Shown: one piece after another, positions 27,293 to 36,798 of the stretch
Layout: every line of letters starts with the position of its first letter
How positions within the stretch are numbered: the stretch's first letter is position 1
Origin: Candidatus Nomurabacteria bacterium
Lineage (GTDB): Bacteria; Patescibacteriota; Patescibacteriia; HK-STAS-PATE-3
DNA length: 64,000 nucleotides
Reading direction: 5' to 3'
Assembly (NCBI GenBank): GCA_023898465.1
Contig: CP060223.1
Span: forward strand, 320,001-384,000
The notes under the pieces: model-generated
The model's input: the letters and a program-made list of their open reading frames with translations, nothing else
The model's database searches: none
Told to the model about the DNA's origin: nothing
Program-made: the position numbers and the translations under genes

Positions 27293-29074
27293 ATGAATTC
27301 CGCTGATAAGCAAATTCGAAATTTTAGTATTATCGCTCATATCGATCATGGGAAGTCGACTTTAGCCGATCGATTCTTGGAGTTGACAGGTACAGTAGAT
27401 GCTCGGCATATGCGAGCTCAGTATCTCGACCGGATGGATTTAGAGCGTGAACGGGGTATTACGATCAAGCTCAAGCCAATTCAGATGCAGTATAAGGGCT
27501 ATACCCTGAACTTGATTGATACACCAGGTCATGTGGATTTTACCTATGAGGTATCACGTTCCTTAGCAGCTGTTGAGGGGGTAATTCTCATTGTCGATGC
27601 GACGCAAGGTGTCGAGGCGCAGACAGTCGCCAATCTTTACTTAGCTTTGCAACAGGATCTACAGATCATTCCGGTTATGAACAAAATTGATCTGCCGAAT
27701 GCTGATGTGCCGCGGGTGAGGCAGGAATTAGCCCAACTCATCGGTGTGGACCCCGAGTCAATTTTAGCTGTTTCTGCCAAGACGGGGGAAGGTGTCGAAG
27801 CAGTACTTGAGCGAATTATTGCTGAAGTGCCAGCACCCAAAGGTACGCTTGATGCACCAACCCAGGCGCTTATTTTTGACTCCTACTTTGATGACTATCG
27901 AGGAGTGATTAGCTCGGTGCGAGTGGTCAACGGCGCAATTCGCAGCAATGAGGATATCCGTTTTCTTGCTACCAAAACGCAAACCAAAGCGCTCGAGGTT
28001 GGTCACTTTGGCATGGAGTTTCAACCAAAGCCTGAAATAAAAGCCGGCGAGATTGGATATATCGTGACCGGACTGCGTGACATTGAAAAGGCAAAAGTGG
28101 GTGATACGATAAGCACCACGAAAAGCGTTGCCACAGCACTGCCGGGATATCAGGCAATGAAGCCAATGGTTTTTGCCGCACTCTATTGCCAATCGGGCGA
28201 TGAGTTTGAGCGATTGCGCGAAGGAATTGAAAAGTTAAAATTGAACGACGCTGCCTTAGACTACATTCCTGAGCATTCGCCAGCACTAGGTTTTGGTTTT
28301 CGCTGTGGTTTCTTAGGCATGCTGCATATGGAAGTGGTAGAGCAGCGTCTGAAGCGAGAATTTGGTATCAGTGTTATTGTGAGCGCCCCATCAGTGGCCT
28401 ATCGAATCACTACAACAAACAAAGAAACAAAGGATTATGCAAATCCGATGGATTGGCCGGAAGCGAATCACATAGTGAAAGTTGAGGAGCCGTGGATGAG
28501 TGTAACCGTCGTCAGTCCAAACGACTGGATAGGCCCGGTCATGCAGGCAGTGACTGATCGGCGCGGGGTGTACAAGACTACCGAGTATCTCGAAGGAGGT
28601 CGCTTAGTGTTGCATTATGAAGTGCCTTTATCCTCGTTGATCAGCGATTTTCATGATACACTGAAGAGCGTATCGCAGGGTTATGCTTCTTTAAATTACG
28701 ATTATTTAGGCTTCCGAGAGGCAGACGTGACTCGATTGGATATCCACGTTGCCGAAGAGATGGTTGATGCGCTCACCATGATTGTGAATAGCGATGAGGC
28801 GTATCGAGAAGGTCGACGCGTGGTTGATACCCTCAAGGACATCCTTCCTCGTCAACAGTTTGAACTCAAAATCCAAGCCTTGATTGGCGGTAAGGTGATT
28901 GCCTCCAGCCGAATCGCTCCATTGCGCAAAGATGTCACGGCAAAACTCTATGGAGGCGATGTCACTCGTAAGCGTAAACTCTTGGAAAAGCAGAAAAAGG
29001 GAAAGAAGCGCATGAAAACCATGGGGCGCGTTTCTATCCCGGCTGATGCTTATATTAAACTGTTGCGGCGTTAA
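27293..29074 (+). CDS. lepA: Elongation factor 4 (LepA)
   Basis: G1-G4 GTPase motifs (AHIDHGKST, DTPGH, NKID) and the conserved LepA C-terminal domain. 593 aa. Confidence 0.95.
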   Translation: MNSADKQIRNFSIIAHIDHGKSTLADRFLELTGTVDARHMRAQYLDRMDLERERGITIKLKPIQMQYKGYTLNLIDTPGHVDFTYEVSRSLAAVEGVILIVDATQGVEAQTVANLYLALQQDLQIIPVMNKIDLPNADVPRVRQELAQLIGVDPESILAVSAKTGEGVEAVLERIIAEVPAPKGTLDAPTQALIFDSYFDDYRGVISSVRVVNGAIRSNEDIRFLATKTQTKALEVGHFGMEFQPKPEIKAGEIGYIVTGLRDIEKAKVGDTISTTKSVATALPGYQAMKPMVFAALYCQSGDEFERLREGIEKLKLNDAALDYIPEHSPALGFGFRCGFLGMLHMEVVEQRLKREFGISVIVSAPSVAYRITTTNKETKDYANPMDWPEANHIVKVEEPWMSVTVVSPNDWIGPVMQAVTDRRGVYKTTEYLEGGRLVLHYEVPLSSLISDFHDTLKSVSQGYASLNYDYLGFREADVTRLDIHVAEEMVDALTMIVNSDEAYREGRRVVDTLKDILPRQQFELKIQALIGGKVIASSRIAPLRKDVTAKLYGGDVTRKRKLLEKQKKGKKRMKTMGRVSIPADAYIKLLRR

Positions 29075-29182
29075 TTCCCTTATCTAGCTGAAAAACGGTG
29101 ATATCGTAAAGAGTATCATTGCTGCCAGCATGATGATGGAAACAACCAGCCAAATCTTGTGTGCGGTTTTCTTACGTGCCAT

Positions 29183-29731
29183 ATGCTCGATTCGTATATT
29201 AGCAAAAATTTAAAAGATGGAGAAACGGTCTTGCGGATAGTGAAGCAATTTCCCTTTATGGTGGCATTTCGACTTTCTCTGCTGGGCATTGTGCTGCTGC
29301 TCGATTTCTTCTTTTTAACCTTTTTTATACAAAGAGGCACCTGGGGCTTTCTTCTCTTTTGCTTGGTGCTTTTAGCGGTGATTTTTTTCTCATGGCGTCA
29401 ATGGTACATGTGGTCAATGAATGTTCTGCTCATTACCAACCAGAGGATTGTTGATATTGATCAAAGAGGCTTTTTTGATCGTACGGTTTCTGAGACCACC
29501 TATCGACGTATTCAAGATGTGAGTTATTCAAGCTCAGGTATCTTTGCCACACTTTTTCACTATGGCAGGATTGTTATTCAAACTGCAGGCACGCAGACGA
29601 GGATTGAATTGGCCTATATTAAGAATCCAGAGCACGTGCAAGATCTGATTACGCATCTTCAGGATGAGAGCGCGCTGACTGATCGAGCAAAAAGTCAGCC
29701 AGAGGAGGGGAACCATGCCCAGGAAATCTAA
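29183..29731 (+). CDS. Bacterial PH-domain (DUF304/YdbS-like) membrane protein
   Basis: Two N-terminal TM helices then a soluble domain with bPH_2-like features. Internal ATG chosen. Confidence 0.45.
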   Translation: MLDSYISKNLKDGETVLRIVKQFPFMVAFRLSLLGIVLLLDFFFLTFFIQRGTWGFLLFCLVLLAVIFFSWRQWYMWSMNVLLITNQRIVDIDQRGFFDRTVSETTYRRIQDVSYSSSGIFATLFHYGRIVIQTAGTQTRIELAYIKNPEHVQDLITHLQDESALTDRAKSQPEEGNHAQEI

Positions 29732-30137
29732 AAAGCGCCAAACGCAACAAAATCCCTTAGCCAAAACTCGCTTTGTGCTAGCTCTTGCTTTACTCGTTCT
29801 CGCCGTAATCAGTACCTCAATTGTAAAAGAGCTTATCCGGCGTCACGATGTACATAGTGAGTTATCTGGTTTATCAGAGGAAATTGCAGCCCTAGAGTCA
29901 CGCAATACTGAGCTGGGCTCGCTTCTGACATATTTGCAAAGCTCGACCTACCATGAACAAGAAGCTCGTCTTAAACTTGGCCTCCAGGGTCAGGGCGAGC
30001 GAGTACTTATTGTGCCAGGCTCCGAAAAAACTTTGCCTGACAACGTAAATGTAGAGAATGCAAAAGGTACAGATCCCCAAAAAGTGCAGGGTAATCCAAA
30101 CAAATGGTGGAAGTGGCTTTTCTTGGCAAAAGATTGA
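29715..30137 (+). CDS. Septum formation initiator family protein (FtsB/DivIC-like)
   Basis: Basic N-terminus, a single TM helix, then a leucine-zipper-like coiled coil (…ELSGLSEEIAALESRNTELGSLL…). About 140 aa. Confidence 0.5.
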   Translation: MPRKSKKRQTQQNPLAKTRFVLALALLVLAVISTSIVKELIRRHDVHSELSGLSEEIAALESRNTELGSLLTYLQSSTYHEQEARLKLGLQGQGERVLIVPGSEKTLPDNVNVENAKGTDPQKVQGNPNKWWKWLFLAKD

Positions 30138-30190
30138 CGGAAAAGGCCTAATTCCGTACACTTCTAGAGTACTATCTTTATCTCAATCCC

Positions 30191-31243
30191 ATGCCTCAGA
30201 CACAACCAAGTCAAGAAAGTCCTGCCGCTGCTCCTACGCCGGCGCCAGTAATGCCAGATGCTCAAGCTAAAATGAAAAAGCCGCAACTCAACAATCTCTA
30301 TGTCAAAGTTATCGGAGGCGTCCTCGGACTCTTTGTCTTGTTATTGATTGTGGTTGGTCTTGGTTTGTACGTGTTTGACTGGAAGGTAAATGTAGTCACT
30401 AATGTGGCAAAAACACTTCGCTATCCTATTGTCTTTGCGAATAGTCAGCCAATTTCCTACACCGCAATGCTGGAGGATAAGGCGACATTAAGTCATTACT
30501 ACAAAGCGCAATCAGACCTAAGTCCTGATCTCTTCCCAGAACCAAGTGACGAGGAGTTAACTGCAATTGTGTTAAATAAGCTGCTTAGCGACGCAATGAC
30601 AAATCAAATTGCGCATGATCAGGGTGTGAAGGTGAGTAACGCTGATGTGGAGTCAGAATACCAAAGCGTTGTTAGTCAATCAGGTAATGTTGAGACTGTA
30701 GAGCAAAATATTCGCGATCTATATAATTGGGACGTTGCCACCTTTAAAGAAAAGGTAATTCGACCCTTCCTCGTTCGCTCAGCAATTCAAGAGAAACTGG
30801 CGAATAATAACGATGAAAATGCACAAAAGCGTGAGTTAGCTGATGCGGTTTTGGCCAGAGTAAAAAATGGCAATGAAGATTTTGGCGAAGTTGCCAAGCA
30901 GTTTAGCGAAGATGAATCAACTGCCAGCAATGGCGGTGAGCTAGGCTTCTTTGGTCAGGGAGAAATGGTGCAGCCATTTGAAGACGCAGTGAGTCAACTT
31001 GAGCCAGGTGAAGTCAGCGACATCGTTGAAACGAGCTTTGGCTATCACATCATTCAACTCGAGGAAAAAGCTACGGACGATGATGGTAATCCAACTTATC
31101 GAGCCCGCCATATCCTCATCCGCACAAAGAGCGTGGACGACCTCATTGATGAGCGTCTAAAAGATGCCTCAGTATGGTTGCTTGCCAAGGGCTTTGTATG
31201 GAGCAAGGATGATGTCCAGGTATTGCCAGAAAGCGCACTATAG
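30191..31243 (+). CDS. Parvulin-type peptidyl-prolyl cis-trans isomerase (PrsA/SurA-like), membrane-anchored
   Basis: N-terminal TM helix, a chaperone-like domain and a PpiC/parvulin domain (…SNGGELGFFGQGEMVQPFEDAV…SFGYHII…). Confidence 0.78.
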   Translation: MPQTQPSQESPAAAPTPAPVMPDAQAKMKKPQLNNLYVKVIGGVLGLFVLLLIVVGLGLYVFDWKVNVVTNVAKTLRYPIVFANSQPISYTAMLEDKATLSHYYKAQSDLSPDLFPEPSDEELTAIVLNKLLSDAMTNQIAHDQGVKVSNADVESEYQSVVSQSGNVETVEQNIRDLYNWDVATFKEKVIRPFLVRSAIQEKLANNNDENAQKRELADAVLARVKNGNEDFGEVAKQFSEDESTASNGGELGFFGQGEMVQPFEDAVSQLEPGEVSDIVETSFGYHIIQLEEKATDDDGNPTYRARHILIRTKSVDDLIDERLKDASVWLLAKGFVWSKDDVQVLPESAL

Positions 31244-31283
31244 GGATGCTAAAAAGTAGCTTCGCACAGTACGATGCGGAGCG

Positions 31284-31359
31284 TGGAGCCGAAGGGGGGA
31301 GTCGAACCCCCGACCTCTGCTTTACGAAAGCATTGCTCTACCAACTGAGCTACTTCGGC
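31284..31359 (-). tRNA. tRNA-Thr (anticodon CGT)
   Basis: Minus-strand cloverleaf GCCGAAG-TA-GCTC-AGTTGGTA-GAGC-A-ATGCT-TTCGTAA-AGCAG-AGGTC-GGGGG-TTCGACT-CCCCC-CTTCGGC-T-CCA. The T-loop TTCGA and the encoded CCA are present. Confidence 0.85.
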
Positions 31360-31425
31360 GAGTTATTATTGTCCGATTTTCAGAGCAAGGGAAGAATAGC
31401 GAAGACAGGGGAGTAACGTCAAGAA

Positions 31426-32187
31426 ATGGCCTATCCGATTCATCCAAAAGCAGGCGATTACTTTTTACAGGGAGGTCGCTTTGGGGTATTGCTTACTCAT
31501 GGCTTTTCTGGCTCTGCCTATGACCTGCGCGAGTTGGCCGAAGAGCTGCATACTCAAGGCTGGACCGTCTTAGTGAAGAGGTTAGCTGGCCACGGCACTG
31601 ATCCGCGTGATTTAGCGCAGAATGGGATAGCCGAGTGGCGAGCCTCGCTCGATGAAGCGCTTCATACACTACAAGAACATTGTGACAAAATCGCAGTTAT
31701 TGGCAATTCATTTGGCGGTAATCTTTTGACTGACCTGGCTCTGCGCCACCCAGGACAAGTATCCGGCATTGGGCTTTTATCAACGCCGATTTTTACCTAT
31801 GGTGAATGGTGGAAGCGTTTAGTGCTTCCTATGCTTATGCGTATTAAGTTTTCAGTGAAAAAGGCCTGGGTGCGCTACGAGGGTAAGGCTGATTATCTGG
31901 CTCGAGGTTCATACATTGAAATTCCGTTGCGTGCCTATAAGCAGTTTCTCGATTTTCTTAAGATCAGCCGCACTGAATTTTCACAGGTGCAGATCCCAGT
32001 GATCATGATTTACTCGAGTCGGGACAGCGTTGTAAAACCGCATAGTGCTGAATTTATTTATGCGGCCTTGCCAAGCAAGCAAAAGCGTCTTTATTGGGTA
32101 CATGACTCCTATCATTCGCCACTTCGCTCAAATGACAAAAGTGAAGTATTTCGACTACTGACAGATTTCGTGCGTTCATTACACTAG
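31426..32187 (+). CDS. Alpha/beta hydrolase (carboxylesterase/lipase-like)
   Basis: Nucleophile elbow GNSFGG, with His and Asp candidates in the C-terminal half. 253 aa. Confidence 0.72.
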   Translation: MAYPIHPKAGDYFLQGGRFGVLLTHGFSGSAYDLRELAEELHTQGWTVLVKRLAGHGTDPRDLAQNGIAEWRASLDEALHTLQEHCDKIAVIGNSFGGNLLTDLALRHPGQVSGIGLLSTPIFTYGEWWKRLVLPMLMRIKFSVKKAWVRYEGKADYLARGSYIEIPLRAYKQFLDFLKISRTEFSQVQIPVIMIYSSRDSVVKPHSAEFIYAALPSKQKRLYWVHDSYHSPLRSNDKSEVFRLLTDFVRSLH

Positions 32188-32271
32188 TCTTTTCCTCAGG
32201 GGCAAGCTGTGATAGGATTCCTTAAGATAGCCCATTGTATCCTTAGTTTTTCTGCCCTTGCCAGCGTTTTT

Positions 32272-32345
32272 GCGGGTATAGTACAGGGGCAGTATGCGAC
32301 CTTCCCAAGGTTGAGACACGGGTTCGAATCCCGTTACCCGCTCCA
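32272..32345 (+). tRNA. tRNA-Gly (anticodon CCC)
   Basis: GCGGGTA-TA-GTAC-AGGGGCA-GTAT-G-CGACC-TTCCCAA-GGTTG-AGAC-ACGGG-TTCGAAT-CCCGT-TACCCGC-T-CCA. Confidence 0.7.
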
Positions 32346-32375
32346 AGATTATTCTCATTGTAGATATCCTCACAT

Positions 32376-33926
32376 ATGTTACGACGAAGTATTACCTCAC
32401 TCCTAGTTGCCGCAATGCTTTTTTCGCTAGTACCTGGCTTAGGTCTAGCCCAAGAGCAGAATGAAGATATGATTCGCTTGCAGCTTGATCAGGCAACGGT
32501 TGAGCGGGGCTATACACTACACACCCCGTCAGACGAGCTTATCATGGGAATTTTTCCAGGTGTGGTACATCGTCCAGCTCGGGTCACTATGCGCAAAGGC
32601 TTGGCAGAAGATGCTATGGAGGCGCCCGAGGGCATGCATCGCGTGAGTGAAATTTATGAGTTTGACATTTTAACTGACCCCATCCAGATTTTTGGCCGAG
32701 ATGTTATTTTGGCACTTAAGTATCACTCTGATACTAATCATAAGCGCCGAGCATTTTTCTGGGACGGTAATCGCACTCGCTGGATTCCACTGAGTTCTTA
32801 TGATGTGCCAGATCAGCAGCGAGTCCGTGCTTTTACGCATCTTCCGTATTCTAAAATCGCAATTTTTGAAGAAGGCGGCGTCCAAGAGGGTATAGCGAGC
32901 TGGTATCGTGATAGTCAGCACCCACTTACCGCATCCTCAAATGACTATGCCCTAGGCACAAAGGTGAGGGTGACAAACATTGATAATGGTACTTCAGTCG
33001 ATGTAACCATTCGTTCACGCGGGCCCTATGTTGATGGTCGAATTATTGACTTAACCTACGATGCCTTTGATGTGATCGCCAATCCAGGGATTGGTGTTAT
33101 TCATGTGCGCGTTGAAGCGGTTGACAGTATTGCTGAGGAGCAAGGGCAAGAGCCGAGCAGCTCTGCACCTGCTATTAGCGCCAGCTCTGCCATTGTGTTT
33201 GATCCGGTAAATAATCGAGTTATCTACGAGAAGGATCAACGACAGCAGTCAATTGCAAGCATTACAAAGCTTATGACTGTCATGGTATATCTTGAGTGGC
33301 ACCGTGATCACTCCGGCGTACCCTTTGATCAGTTAAACCTTACCTACAGTGCGAGCGATAATGTTGGCTCAGGAGAAAGCTCGATTGATATGAGCTCGGG
33401 CGATGTCATTGCCGCGGACGAAGCAATGAAGGCCGTATTAATTGCTTCTGCTAATAATGTGACGAAAACTCTGGCACGCTCAACTGGTATGTCGACGAGC
33501 GAATTCGCTGCACGTATGAATGACGCTGCTCGACGCCTCGGTATGTCAAACACGCACTTTGTTGAACCAACTGGCATTGACGCAGGTAACGTCTCTACAC
33601 CGGCCGACGTTGTAAAATTGGTAAATTATATTCTCAACCGTAATGGCGTCCGATTAATGACCGTAAGTGCCTCGGATGCTATTAGTGCAAACACTGGTAC
33701 TAACCACGAAAGAATAATTACGCTTCATAGTACTAACCATATCCTCGGCAGTGGTCTACCAATTTTTGGTGGAAAAACCGGCTATCTAGGAACTGGACAC
33801 GCCTCTTTTGCTCTAAAGTTTGTTGATGGAGCAAAGCAACGTGTAGTGGTTATCTTAGGTTCAGAAAACGGAAATACGCGCAATGATGACATGTTGCGCT
33901 TAGGTCGTTGGGCAATGGAGCAATAA
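32376..33926 (+). CDS. Fusion protein: N-terminal RlpA-like double-psi beta-barrel (DPBB) domain plus C-terminal serine-type D-Ala-D-Ala carboxypeptidase (peptidase S11, PBP5/6-like)
   Basis: Signal/TM N-terminus. A DPBB region follows (…ASWYRD…TASSNDYALGTKVRVTNIDNGTSVDVTI…GPYVDGRIIDLTYDAF…). Then come the S11 motifs SITK (SxxK), SANN (SxN) and KTGY (KTG). Confidence 0.72.
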   Translation: MLRRSITSLLVAAMLFSLVPGLGLAQEQNEDMIRLQLDQATVERGYTLHTPSDELIMGIFPGVVHRPARVTMRKGLAEDAMEAPEGMHRVSEIYEFDILTDPIQIFGRDVILALKYHSDTNHKRRAFFWDGNRTRWIPLSSYDVPDQQRVRAFTHLPYSKIAIFEEGGVQEGIASWYRDSQHPLTASSNDYALGTKVRVTNIDNGTSVDVTIRSRGPYVDGRIIDLTYDAFDVIANPGIGVIHVRVEAVDSIAEEQGQEPSSSAPAISASSAIVFDPVNNRVIYEKDQRQQSIASITKLMTVMVYLEWHRDHSGVPFDQLNLTYSASDNVGSGESSIDMSSGDVIAADEAMKAVLIASANNVTKTLARSTGMSTSEFAARMNDAARRLGMSNTHFVEPTGIDAGNVSTPADVVKLVNYILNRNGVRLMTVSASDAISANTGTNHERIITLHSTNHILGSGLPIFGGKTGYLGTGHASFALKFVDGAKQRVVVILGSENGNTRNDDMLRLGRWAMEQ

Positions 33927-33993
33927 TAGCGCTGGACGCAAAGCTCTTCTTGGTTTACCCTAGAGAGGGAGGGGACCGGTAAGAGGGGGATTC

Positions 33994-34674
33994 ATGATTC
34001 GTTTCGAAAACGTTACAAAAATATATCCCAATGGTGGTGTAGGTATCCAGGATGTAAATTTACACATCGAGCCTGGTGAATTTGTTTCTATTGTAGGTCA
34101 ATCAGGATCAGGTAAGTCAACCATCACTAAACTTATTATTGCCGAGCTTCGCCCAACGAAAGGCAAAGTGGTTATTGGTGGTTGGGATATTACGAAAATT
34201 AGTCAATCAGAAATTCCTCTGCTTCGTCGTCAAATCGGAGTTGTTTTCCAGGATTTTAAATTACTTCCCAAACGTACATTATTTGAAAATGTTGCTTTTG
34301 CTTTAGAAGTGTCTGGTGCAAGTAGGAAGAATATTGACACCATCGTCCCTCAAGTATTTAAAATTGTTGGATTAGAGCAAAAGATGGACCGCTACCCACA
34401 TCAAGTATCAGGTGGAGAGCAGCAGCGTACTGTTATTGCTCGTTCACTTGTGCATCGTCCGAAGATATTGGTTGCTGACGAGCCAACGGGAAATCTTGAT
34501 TCAATTAACGCTCAGGAAATTATCAGCCTACTGAAGAAGATTAATGAGTTTGGGACAACTGTGCTGCTAGTGACTCACAATAGAGAAATCGTAAACACTT
34601 TACGTAAACGCGTTATTACTATTGACCAAGGCCATATGGTGATGGACCAGAAGGCCGGGAAGTATCTCCTGTAA
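33994..34674 (+). CDS. ftsE: Cell division ATP-binding protein FtsE
   Basis: ABC ATPase with Walker A GQSGSGKST, signature SGGEQQR and Walker B ILVADEPT. 226 aa. Confidence 0.93.
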   Translation: MIRFENVTKIYPNGGVGIQDVNLHIEPGEFVSIVGQSGSGKSTITKLIIAELRPTKGKVVIGGWDITKISQSEIPLLRRQIGVVFQDFKLLPKRTLFENVAFALEVSGASRKNIDTIVPQVFKIVGLEQKMDRYPHQVSGGEQQRTVIARSLVHRPKILVADEPTGNLDSINAQEIISLLKKINEFGTTVLLVTHNREIVNTLRKRVITIDQGHMVMDQKAGKYLL

Positions 34675-34676
34675 GT

Positions 34677-35600
34677 ATGTCATCCGCAACCCTCTCAAGA
34701 GTATTTAAGTTCGCATTTCAAAATTTTTACCGAAATGCCTGGTTATCAGTGGTGACTATTGTCATACTTTCCTTGACTCTTTTCATGATCAGCACTCTGG
34801 TGACCGCGCAAGCATTGGGAAATCAAGCGATTAATTCCGTGCTGAGCAAAGTCGATGTTTCGATATTCTTTACCGCAAATACAAGCACCCAGCAGGTAGA
34901 GTCATTAGCTGATCAATTGCGAAATCGTCCAGAGGTGGATTCGCTTGAGGTAATTAGTGCTGATGATGCTCTGGAAAAGTTTCGAGAAGAAAACTCGGAT
35001 GATCCGGTTATCCAGGAATCAATTGAAGAGCTAGGCTTAAATCCATTAGGGCCGGTCTTGGTTTTACAGGCAAAAGATTTAGAGGATTATCCGACTATAC
35101 TTGAATTCTTTGATACCGAAAGTGTTGCCCCGCTCATTCAGGACAAAGACAGGGATTTTGCAAGTAAGCAATTAGTTATCGAGCGACTTACTGCAATTGT
35201 AAAAAATCTCCGCGAAGTTGGTTTTATTGTTGTAGCAATTTTTATCCTTATTGCCTTTTTGGTCATCTTTAACACCATCCGTATTACTATTTATACGCAC
35301 CGTGAGGAAATCGGCATCATGAAACTGGTTGGTGCTTCAAACAATTTTGTTCGCGTACCTTTCCTTATTGAAAGTGTGCTGTACGCTATCATTGCGACGA
35401 TTGTTACTGCCTTGCTTTTCTATCCTGCGGTAGTTAGTTCAACCCCGGCAATTAATAATTTCTTTACAGGGTACGATTTCTCCTTCCTTGGGTATTTCCA
35501 GGCCGAATTTTGGAAAGTAGTCTTACTGCAGCTCGGTACAGCCATCCTTTTGAGCATATTCAGTGCGGCAGTGGCTGTAGGCCGTTATTTGAAGGTTTGA
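34677..35600 (+). CDS. ftsX: Cell division permease FtsX
   Basis: 307 aa with four TM helices and a large periplasmic loop, directly downstream of ftsE. Confidence 0.88.
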   Translation: MSSATLSRVFKFAFQNFYRNAWLSVVTIVILSLTLFMISTLVTAQALGNQAINSVLSKVDVSIFFTANTSTQQVESLADQLRNRPEVDSLEVISADDALEKFREENSDDPVIQESIEELGLNPLGPVLVLQAKDLEDYPTILEFFDTESVAPLIQDKDRDFASKQLVIERLTAIVKNLREVGFIVVAIFILIAFLVIFNTIRITIYTHREEIGIMKLVGASNNFVRVPFLIESVLYAIIATIVTALLFYPAVVSSTPAINNFFTGYDFSFLGYFQAEFWKVVLLQLGTAILLSIFSAAVAVGRYLKV

Positions 35601-35686
35601 GGGTTGACGAAAAGGGAAAAGCGGGGTATAGTGCCTCGTCGGTTTCTGTAAAAAACCATATATTACTTGCCTAGGCATACAGACGG

Positions 35687-35760
35687 TGGGGAGTCGTCTA
35701 ATGGTAGGACACTGCCCTTTGGAGGCAGGTACGATGGTTCGAATCCATCCTCCCCAGCCA
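35687..35760 (+). tRNA. tRNA-Gln (anticodon TTG), with a U1-A72 acceptor pair
   Basis: TGGGGAG-TC-GTCT-AATGGTAG-GAC-A-CTGCC-CTTTGGA-GGCAG-GTAC-GATGG-TTCGAAT-CCATC-CTCCCCA-G-CCA. A TTGACG-17-TATAGT promoter lies about 70 nt upstream. Confidence 0.8.
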
Positions 35761-35831
35761 GGAAAAGGTAATCCGTATGATGCGCGATAAAATACGCATC
35801 GTCATTTCCAGATAACTCATCAAAGGACATC

Positions 35832-36746
35832 ATGGAAATCCTTGAATTCCGAAACCTAAAGTGGATCTACATCGAGCAGACATCTTATAAAGATGTTGAA
35901 TACCTCGAGGAGCATTATCGTTTCCACCCGCTCGACCTAAAAGACTGTATTGGTGTTACACAGCGTCCGAAGATTGATATCTACGACGACTATCTCTTTT
36001 TAGTATTTCATTTCCCACAATACGATCGGGAGCAGCGTCGGATTCGCGTCCAGGAATTAAACGTCTTTTTAGGTCCGGACTATTTGATTACGCTTACCAA
36101 TCAGCCAAACCCAGGTTTGAGCGAGTATTTCCAGGAATATAAGCAGAAAATTGAAGCAAACCCTAAGCCAAATCGATTGCAGAATTCATCGGCTTACTTG
36201 CTCTACAAAGTGCTGGATTTACTTTTTAGCGCTTCTCAGCCGGTCATTGATATTATTGGTGAACGACTCTCAGTGGCTGAAGAAGAAGTTTTTAGTGAGA
36301 GTAAGCGAAGTGCCACAATGGATCTCTCTATTGTCCGTAGAAATATTTTAACTTATCAACGTCTACTCGAGCCGCAGCTGCATGTTATCGATAAAATGGT
36401 GCAGCTAAAAAAGAAGTTTATTCCTGATGAGTTGTCCGTGTATTTTGATGACATTCATGACGGTTTAGAGCGCACCTGGAGCGTTTTGCATAATTACAAA
36501 GATACGGTAGAAGGATTAGATCGCACAAATGAGACTTTAATTTCGCAGCGTTTAAATGAGATTATTCGAACGCTGACGGTTATTTCCGTTGTGACTATCA
36601 TCCCAGGTCTGATAATTAATTTTTATGGCATGAACATTAGCTTGCCATTTGCCGATCGACCGAATGCCTTTTTTCTCATCTCGGGTTTCCTGTTGCTCAT
36701 CATGATTGTCACATACTACATTTTGAAGCGTCGTCGCCTTACGTAG
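35832..36746 (+). CDS. corA: CorA-family magnesium/cobalt transporter
   Basis: 304 aa with two C-terminal TM helices and the signature YGMN motif (…NFYGMNISLPF…). Confidence 0.85.
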   Translation: MEILEFRNLKWIYIEQTSYKDVEYLEEHYRFHPLDLKDCIGVTQRPKIDIYDDYLFLVFHFPQYDREQRRIRVQELNVFLGPDYLITLTNQPNPGLSEYFQEYKQKIEANPKPNRLQNSSAYLLYKVLDLLFSASQPVIDIIGERLSVAEEEVFSESKRSATMDLSIVRRNILTYQRLLEPQLHVIDKMVQLKKKFIPDELSVYFDDIHDGLERTWSVLHNYKDTVEGLDRTNETLISQRLNEIIRTLTVISVVTIIPGLIINFYGMNISLPFADRPNAFFLISGFLLLIMIVTYYILKRRRLT

Positions 36747-36764
36747 TATTTAGTGAATGAGATT

Positions 36765-36784
36765 GGCCCGAAAGGGCCTTTTTT
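36765..36784 (+). terminator. Rho-independent terminator after corA (GGCCC-GAAA-GGGCC followed by TTTTTT)
   Basis: A perfect 5-bp GC stem with a GNRA-like loop and a 6-T run, 19 nt after the stop codon. Confidence 0.7.
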
Positions 36785-36798
36785 GGTATACTTAGCTC

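Noticed and set aside
32179-32406. Two overlapping small ORFs (32179..32373 on the minus strand, 32209..32406 on the plus strand)
   Set aside because: They cover the tRNA-Gly gene and its upstream region. The translations are low-complexity and there is no supporting signal.
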